64,000 nucleotides of DNA. It comes from Octopus vulgaris (Eukaryota). Position 1 is the stretch's first letter; every line of letters starts with the position of its first letter. A program made the translations under genes and the position numbers. The notes beneath the pieces are model-generated. The model saw nothing but the letters and a program-made list of their open reading frames with translations, did no database searches and was not told the origin of the DNA. Below are positions 55,605-64,000 of this stretch, piece after piece. Location: positions 45,756,001 to 45,820,000 of the forward strand of contig OX597827.1 in NCBI GenBank assembly GCA_951406725.2, given 5' to 3'.

Positions 55605-56492
55605 TATGTATCTGTATGTAGGAGTATATATGTGTGTGTGTGTATGTATATGCGGGTATATATATATATATGTATATTTATTGGTGTATATGTATAGACT
55701 AGCCTCCTAAAGTGTAGACACGAATCTGTAGGTACGAGTACGTATGTGTATATACGTGAACGTATGTAGATGTTTGTATGTATGAATATAACGCGTGCGT
55801 ACGTGTATGTGTATGAGTGTACGAATGGGTGAATGTACGTGCTAATGAGTGTGCGTGCGAGAATGAGTACTTGCCTTCTAGTAGACAGACAAATGGACAT
55901 GCAGCCATTGCCAGGATTCTTAGCCCTAGCGATCAAAGATAACAAAAGTAATAAATGAAGATAATAAAATTAAAATTAGGGAATGGGCCTGTATTGGATT
56001 GTATATATATATATGTATATGTATATTTGTATGTATGTATGTGTGTATGTGTAGGTATGTATAGGTACACATGTGTATGTGTATGTGTATGTATATATGT
56101 GTGTATGTATGTATGTGCACACATGTATATATATGTATGCGTGTATATGTTTATATATATATATGTGTACATAGGTGTATGTGGGTGTATGTATATATAG
56201 GTGTAAATATGTGTATATAGGGAACTAGGTGTGTTGTGTGTGCATGAGTGTATGTGCGTATGAATATATATTTTTATGTGTATATATGTATGTGTGGTCG
56301 TGGGTATATATATATATATATACATGTGTGTATGCGTGCATGCATGGGAGTGAGTGTATGCATATATACGTGTGTGTATGTGTAGACAGGTATAGGCATG
56401 TGCATGTGTATAAATTTGTATATGTGGGCGGGTGTATGTATGTGTGTATGTAGATATGTATGTATGTGTGTACATATGTATATGTATATATG

Positions 56493-56523
<31 letters not shown>

Positions 56524-56590
56524 GTGTGTGTATATATATGTGTATGCATGTATGTGTGTGTAGATACGTATACATGTGTGTATAGGTATA
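54335..56590. repeat. Long degenerate (TA/TG/TATG)n low-complexity tract
   Basis: More than 2 kb of alternating purine-pyrimidine sequence. Confidence 0.95.
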
Positions 56591-56906
56591 AGTGAGAATC
56601 TCCTTATTTACCTATAACTCTATCCCCCCTTTTTTTATATATATATTTTTTTATATATATATTTTATATATATATTTTTTTATATATATTTTTTATATTT
56701 TTTATTTTTTTATTTTTTTATTTTATTTTTTTATTTTTTATTTTTTTATTTTTTATTTATCTATTCTTTCATTTAACTTACCACTGACTCCTTGACCACT
56801 CCCCCAAGTATGATATTTTGCGCTATGCCTACCCCCAAAAAGTCCCCCACCACCACTCCTTTAAACCTGCCTAAATGTATAAATGCTAATACAATTCTTG
56901 TTAAAT

Positions 56907-56957
56907 AGCTTCCTGAAGATTTCTCTTGAATGAAACAGTACTAGTCCTGTAGAAGCT
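56907..56957 (+). ncRNA. Type I hammerhead motif; element continues to 57044, same family as 9589-9789
   Basis: Stem I agcttc/gaagct, CTGAAGA, GAAA, near-palindromic acagtactagtcctgt, GUA. Confidence 0.65.
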
Positions 56958-57043
56958 CCTTCTATATAATAAATTAATTTTACTCTGCTATGTATTGAGT
57001 ACCTTACTTACTGTGGTTAACCCCGAATCAACCCGGGACCTAC

Positions 57044-57074
<31 letters not shown>

Positions 57075-57189
57075 CACACATATATATGTACATATATATA
57101 TATATATGTGTGTGTATATTTTATAGACACACACAGTCACACACACATGTATATATGTATGTATATAGATAGATAGATAGATAGATAGT

Positions 57190-57285
<96 letters not shown>

Positions 57286-57893
57286 GACATGCACACGCAC
57301 ACATATGAACACTTATTCTTTACACAAACACACACTAATACTGCACAAACATTCTCAGACGAATCGGATAAAATGATGTGTTTTCTTAACTAATTAATTC
57401 CGTGCAACATATAAGGTTTTCCTGATAATAATCGTATCGGTTCTGGTATAGACTTCCATAAATGGTAAAAAGACTTTACGTCTACGTAATAGACGTAATA
57501 TAATGACGAATCTTCGTTTTTGATATGTATATATATACACGCAAATGTGCATGGTGTTCTAAAAACGTACATTCGCCATTCTGAATAGATTACAGCTACT
57601 GGTCTTTGACCTCGCATACTGACACGCAGGCTTCTTGAAAGACAAAGAAAAGAAATTTTATGTGAGGTTATTGTACGATTAGAAATAGCAGCCAGACCAC
57701 TCCCTGGCTGCAATCTAGTGTCTTTGGAAGAGAAGTGAAAAAAAAAAAATTAAAAGAAAGAAAAGAAAGGAAGAAATACAGAAATAAGGAAAGAAATTAA
57801 ATAAAAATTGATAATGTTGTTATGCGTACAACAATGCTTCTCAAAGTGGATGATAACGCCTCCTTGTAAGCATGTATGTATGTATGTATGTAT

Positions 57894-58389
57894 GTAACAC
57901 AGTACAACCTGTTGCATGGTCGGGTCGTCGGCGACTAAACAGGCAACCCCACCAAGCTTGCTTGGTGAGGAGGGTGTTTATTGGACACCCTGCGGGATGA
58001 AAAACAAAACCCGTCAAAGGGCGGAGGAACTCTTGAGAGTCAACGGCCATCCAATAAATGTCTTAAGGCTGTATCATGCGCGGGGACATAGAAATAATCG
58101 GACTGAATACCCGATCGCGCGGTTAAACGATTGGGAGTGAAGGACTCCTAGCCTTTGTTAGGGCTTCCTTCTAGGAGAAGGTAACTCAGATAACTCCGAA
58201 ATAAAACCTGCGGCTCGGTGGTTACCAATGATGTTGACTTGTTCTTCTTTTCGGATTATGGCTGCTGTTGCTTAGTGAGTGGGATTGACTCAGTGCACAG
58301 CCTCTCCTCACTTAAAAAAAAATCTTCTTGCACAGGCATTGATTAAGCTTCGTGCAATGGCCATACTCGATAACGAGGGGGCAGCCACT
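57894..58389 (+). mobile_element. Interspersed element inserted in (TATG)n, probably RTE-related non-autonomous
   Basis: Higher-GC block bounded by (tatg)n; contains ctaggagaaggtaactc..aaacc, resembling RTE 5' UTR motifs. Confidence 0.45.
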
Positions 58390-58499
58390 ATGTATGTATG
58401 TATGTATGTATGTATGTATGTATGTATGTATGTATGTATGTATGTATGTATGTATGTATGTATGTATGTATGTATGTATGTATGTATGTATGTATGTTC

Positions 58500-59228
58500 T
58501 CTTTTTCTTTTTATTTCAGAGTAAATTTTGACCGGCCCCCTCCTTGGAAGCAAGGTTGTGAAGGAAAGCATCTTGATTTCTTCACCATCCTTTAAATCTT
58601 AAGAAGATCTTGCAAATTTTTATAGTTCCGGATATCACGATCACTTGTAGTGTATGATGAATTAAGGATTTGCGTTCTCACCCCCAAGAACCCAAGTTCA
58701 GCCATACTTTGCTCCAAACGGGCTAATTATATATCCTTTAGAGGCAGTTACCTCCCCTGATGGTAGCTGTCTAAATAGCTCTCCACTAGATGGCACAGCA
58801 TGTAACTCTGAGGTTCCAGCACTTAGTCCTTTCTCTTTGTCATCGAGACAACAGCGTGCGAGGACGTGACCTTAAAAGCTCTTGCATAACGCTCACAACA
58901 GCTAATAGACATTGAGCAGCTATGACGTAGGATACACAGAAGCTGAACATGATCTCTTTGTTAATACTTTTCATGATTTATTCAACTTGTATATATTTGT
59001 GACCTGGAGTAAAAAGCATTTAAAAACTATAGATTGATTCTATGAATTCATTGTACAGTGTTGTTTCTTCGGATGACATCTTCTGTTCCAGCTTTCTGAA
59101 CGGAGTCGTCATTAGCTGGTCTCACCATGTGAGACCACGACCATCTATAATCCTGTTGCTTCAACAATAATAGGTATGAAGCTGAACTTGTAGCTTGGAT
59201 ACTGGATTTGCAAACGCCTTATCAATAA
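58500..59228 (-). mobile_element. Rearranged RLE-type non-LTR retrotransposon fragments
   Basis: Minus strand LLIRRLQIQYPSYKFSFIPIIVEATG (about 59150-59228) and LQVIVISGTIKICKIFLRF (about 58590-58655), resembling RLE-domain C-termini. Confidence 0.6.
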
Positions 59229-59252
59229 TCATGGCCACAAACTAGGACAAGA

Positions 59253-60006
59253 GGGCGGCGAGCAGGCAGAAACGTTAGCACGCTGGGCGAAATGCGTAGC
59301 CGTGTTTCGTCTGCCGTTACGTTCAGAGTTCAAATTCCGCCGAGGTCGACTTTGCCTTTCATCCTTTCGGTGTCGATCAAATAAGTACCAGTTACGCACT
59401 GGGGTCGATATAATCGACTTAATCCGTTTGTCTGTCCTTGTTTCTCCTCTCTGTGTTTAGCCCCTTGTGGGTAGTAAAAAAAATATAGGTATTTCGTCTG
59501 CCGTTACATTCCGAGTTCAAATTCCGCCGTGGTCGACTTTACCTTTCATCTTTTCGGGGCCGATAAATTAAGTATCAGTTACGCACTGGGGTCGATGTAA
59601 TCGACTTAATCCGTTTGTCTGTCCTTGTTTGTCCCCTCTGTGTTTAGCCCCTTATGAGCAGTAAAGAAATAGGTATTTCGTCTGCCGCTACGTTCTGAGT
59701 TCAAATTGCGCCCAGGTCGACTTTGCCTTTCATCCTTTCGGAGTCGATTAAATAAGTACCAGTTACGCACTGGGGTCAATGCAATCGACTTAATCCGTTT
59801 GTCTGTTCTTGTTTAGCCCCTAATGGGTCGTAAAGAAATAGGTATTTGGTCTGCCGCTACGTTCTGAGTTCAAATTCCGACCAGGTCGACTTTGCCTTTC
59901 ATCCTTTCGGAGTCGATTAAATAAGTACCAGTTACGCACTGGAGTCAATGTAATCGACTTAAGCTGTTTGTCTGTCTTTGTTTGTCTCCTCTGTGTTTAG
60001 CCCCCT
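59253..60006 (+). mobile_element. SINE family B with four tandem body units
   Basis: One head then gtatttcgtctgccg..gtttagcccc unit repeated four times at about 175-190 bp. Confidence 0.9.
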
Positions 60007-60049
60007 ATGGACGGGGGGAGGAGGCGTCTTGCTCGAATACATACATACA

Positions 60050-60082
<33 letters not shown>

Positions 60083-60085
60083 TTG

Positions 60086-60121
<36 letters not shown>

Positions 60122-60336
60122 TACAGCTATACATATATGTACACACACACACATGTAAATTAATAATTATGGAAAACAGAGATTTATATACCCAGATTTT
60201 ATTTTGCACTTAACTACATCTTTCCATGTCAGTACCTACATATGTTTCTGAGACTATCCAGCATTGTTAACCGGTAAAAGTGAATTCGGTACCCGCTAGG
60301 ATTGTATATCCCTATTAACCAAATTTGGAAATTTAC

Positions 60337-60374
<38 letters not shown>

Positions 60375-60632
60375 TTGCTATAATGCAAAAGTGTCGTAAG
60401 TCCAAAACGTTGCTTTTTCTGAAAACGCAAAAATAGTTTCACCATTCCATAGCAAAACTCTTGTACTACACTTTGACAATTTTTGATATCTCGGCATCTG
60501 AAACAGCTGGAGATATGATAGTTTGACCAAAAGAACCGGGTATTGTAAGCAGAAATAAATACTGGGAAAAAAACGCATTTGGCCAAATTTGGACATACGA
60601 TAGTTCAGCAAAATAGCAACGATACATACGTG

Positions 60633-60673
<41 letters not shown>

Positions 60674-60731
60674 CATGATAGATCGTTAGCTACTACACAC
60701 ATTTTTTTCTCTCCTTGATTTTTTCTGTGTA

Positions 60732-60769
60732 TCTTTCTGTAGAAGAGCATAGGCTCGAAACGTAAAAGA
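60732..60769 (+). ncRNA. Minimal hammerhead variant in (TA)n-embedded element (60671-60860)
   Basis: Stem I tcttt/aaaga, CTGTAGA (A6 replaced by U), stem II gagc-atag-gctc, GAAA, CG, UA. Confidence 0.55.
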
Positions 60770-61093
60770 CTTTTTCTATTCCTGAGCGCTATACCAATAC
60801 ATTCGTTTGTTTGTACACCACCTGCCTTCGTCTTTTGTTTATTTTCGTAAACTTTCCCTTTATATATATATATGTATTACCTCTGGATATATATATGCAT
60901 TATGTATATCCTTGTTGCGTATTTTGATTTTAATCCCCTTACTTTGAAATTGTATGGATAATACCATACTAAATTCTGGTGCCTCAACTTAAGTGCCATA
61001 TTCATCTGAATCATTTATATATATATATATCGGCCAAAAGTCACCTGACAGTAAATTTAAACCATTTAATTCCAATTTATATTTGACCAAAAA

Positions 61094-61146
<53 letters not shown>

Positions 61147-61147
61147 T

Positions 61148-61416
61148 AAAATAAATATAAGAGAGTGGTCACTATATGGCTCACTCTAGCACCAGTTAAT
61201 CCAAAAGGTTTCAACCACGTGGTTGAAACCTTTTGGATTAACTGGTGCTAGAGTGAGCCATATAGTGACCACTCTCTTATATTTATTTTGTAAAAATATT
61301 ATAATATATTATAAAATATTATAATAATCCAGGTTTCTCGGAGCACTAGGCCACTTGGTGTTGAATAGATATACTATTAAATTAGTATCTAATTCTCTCA
61401 CCCTTATTAATTAATT
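61148..61416 (+). mobile_element. Fold-back copy of the 51352-52345 family (perfect palindrome 61148-61289)
   Basis: Spacerless palindrome centred on cac|gtg at 61218/61219; continues to the same family end (cccttattaattaattata). Confidence 0.85.
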
Positions 61417-61471
61417 ATATATATATATATAGCTTTACTCACACGCATACTTATATACATACATATATATA

Positions 61472-62750
61472 TTGGGTTGGCAACTAAGTTCCTGCCGTCT
61501 TTTCTAATTTTGGAATTTATTGCTTTTTTAAATTTTGGAAGCTATTTTTTTTTCGAGAATTCTATTTTTGAATCATTTTGGAATCTATTTTGTTTGTTTT
61601 TTTTTTCTAGTTAATTTTAGTTAACTTTTGTTTATTTTCAGATCATTAAAATGGAATGTCAAGTTAAGAATACGATCATTTTCGATACCTCCTTCTTTTT
61701 GCTTTTAAACAGGGTTCTAAGGCCTCAAAAGTTGCTCGCGACATTTGTGCTGTGTATGGAGAGGATGCCATAGCTGAGAGAACCGCTCGTGATTGGTATG
61801 CCAAGTTCAAAAATGGAAATTTTGCCCTCAAAGACGCACCTCGTTCTGGCCGTCCAGTTGATTTTGATGAAGAGCGATTAAACATAGGGAACTGGCAGAG
61901 AAAATGGAATTCTCCCACACTGCTATAGAGAAGTATCTTCACTTGATGGGAAAGGTTCAGAAGTATGGATCATGAGTTTCGCATGCTTTAAGTAACAACA
62001 ACAAAAATCAACGAGCCACAATCTCCGCTGGTTTGCTTGCTCGTCACTGTTCAACCCATGGACACAAGCAACGATTTCTTTACCGAATCGTTACTGGCGA
62101 CGAAAAACGGTGCCTGTGCATTAATATGAAGCAGCGTAAGCAATGGCTTAGCCCCAGTAAAGAAGCGACACCGCGCGTGAAACAAGATCTTCCTCCGCGT
62201 AAAACGATATTGTGCGTATGGTGGGACTGGGAAGGGATTATTCATTACGAATTGTTTGAACGGAACCAAACGGTCAACGTGGAACTCTATGTTCAAATGA
62301 TGGAACGACTCAACACGGCTATTCAAGAGAAAAGACCTAATCGGCAGCATGGAGTTCTTCAACTGCAGGACAACGCCCGCTCTCATATCGCCAATACGAC
62401 CAAGTAAGCCATTTAAACGCATGGCTGGGATGTGCTGCCACACCCGCCGTACTCTCCTGATTTGACACCAACGGTTTTCTACCTCTTTCAAATACTATGC
62501 GCGGAGTTTCGTTCAATACAAATGCAGAATTGAGAGATTGGTTGGATCAATTTTTCGAGTCAAAACCGGGTGCTTTCTACAAACGAGGTATTGAAAATCT
62601 TGTTGAACGTTGGGAAGAAGTTGTAAACAACAAGGATGAATACATTATTGATTAATTAGTTGTCATTTTTTTTATTAAACTTTAAAAAAATTTTAATTGC
62701 ACCCCCCCCCCAAAAAAAAAAAAATCACGGGAACTTAGTTGCCAACCCAA
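61472..62750 (+). mobile_element. Full-length mariner (DD34D) element, TA TSD
   Basis: TIRs ttgggttggcaactaagttcc / ggaacttagttgccaacccaa with TA on both sides; 1279 bp. Confidence 0.93.
61651..62655 (+). pseudogene. Mariner transposase pseudogene
   Basis: ARDICAVYGEDAI..WYAKFKNGNF.LKDAPRSGRP, IVTGDEK, LCVWWD, QDNARSH, HPPYSPDLTPT, GIENLVERWEEVV; frameshifts, stops and loss of the third catalytic Asp. Confidence 0.9.
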
Positions 62751-64000
62751 TACAATACACATTCAATTTCTTAAGATGTTATATTGTGGTATGAAAGAGT
62801 TAACGAGTAACTACCTTAGGAGTCTGGGTGACCATGTAGACGCTTTTGCATGAGTTCAGAAAATGCTTTTCTTAAATGGTCAACTAATGTTTTCACACCG
62901 AACCTGCTCAGTGGTAAGTGTGCATCTTTGCTGGCCAAGTATTGCTTAGGAAAACAGCCGGGAGGCTCTATGTAGTCGACTAGCCTACTAGAAATAACAG
63001 ACGAATCTAACCTCAAATCAGACCGTACTGATTAAAAAAAACAGGGCATACTGGATAATGTAGTTTAAAATATTTTGATAGAAAAATAATATTAAAAGGC
63101 AGCTCGACATGCAAAAATTGGTGACCAAGTCTGTCTCTTATCATATCTTACTGTCTGTAAAAAGGGATACAAAGGACATATTAGATAATGTAATCCTTGA
63201 TACTTTGTTTAAAAGACGGCAGGTTGATTTAAACAGCAACGCCTTTTATCAGATCTTATAAACCGCAGCCTAGAAAATGTCCAACGAAGTCCAATCCTTA
63301 ACATTGACCCAAGAATGATGCTAATGGTATGTTCCTATGATTGAGTGACTAATAACATGTATGATGTAGTGAGCAAAATAAATTTTAATTAATTCGAATT
63401 ATCTTGGACATTTTGATATCAAGCGAGCGGAAAATACGTTCAAGGATTAACATTAATCTAAGTTAATCTTAGCAAGAGGACGACAACAGGGAAATTTTAG
63501 TTAATTATAATTAGAATTTTGCATGCATTCGAGGAGAGTGAAATATTAGGAATAATTTTATTACAGGCTTGATAGTTAGGGAAGCTCAGCGGTCACCCCA
63601 AACACTTCGTTCTCGAAACATAATCTCTTCCGAAATTCGTTGGATTTAGTGATAGAGCATCACTAATTTCTTTCATTAATCATTGTTATTAAAGTGGCAA
63701 GATTTTCAGTACAAGTATAACTAATATTTACTGCACTTCTATTAAAGGGTTTATATCATCGGTAGTTTTAGTTTTGAATCTACAAGATACGCACTGAAAT
63801 AGGTGTAACAACTTAACAAAACTCATTACCAAGAGACAGTATTTACACAAAGTACATTTCACTGTTGTTTCGTTATTTTAACCAACCAGAAACCGGCTGT
63901 TTGTCGAGCCAGTTATTCGCTAGATTAAAGCTAAAATGTGTTCAATCCTATACTTTCATAAACAGCGATTGTAAAAACCGTATAATTTCTCCAACTCTTA

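Noticed and set aside
62033-62407. Intact transposase or SETMAR-like gene
   Set aside because: Fragment of a frameshifted, stop-containing mariner copy.

Overview
AT-rich, repeat-saturated animal DNA with no convincing host protein-coding gene. The microsatellite load and tRNA-derived SINE families suggest an octopus/coleoid cephalopod (inference). Nearly all listed ORFs are microsatellite or SINE translation artefacts. Recognisable content: many SINEs of at least three modular families, decayed RTE, CR1 and RLE (Dong/R4-like) LINE fragments, mariner/Tc1, hAT and Helitron relics, and MITEs. The main hidden signal is non-coding RNA structure. A near-perfect 4.4 x 491-bp tandem array at 10038-12198 carries one complete type I hammerhead ribozyme per unit on the minus strand (retrozyme-like). 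About ten other unrelated short elements, mostly inside or next to (TA)n tracts, carry intact or decayed minimal hammerheads with palindromic stem III. These often come with fold-back inverted copies and partial tandem repeats, the architecture of Penelope-like pLTRs and retrozymes. All ribozyme calls are by-eye folds and are untested.
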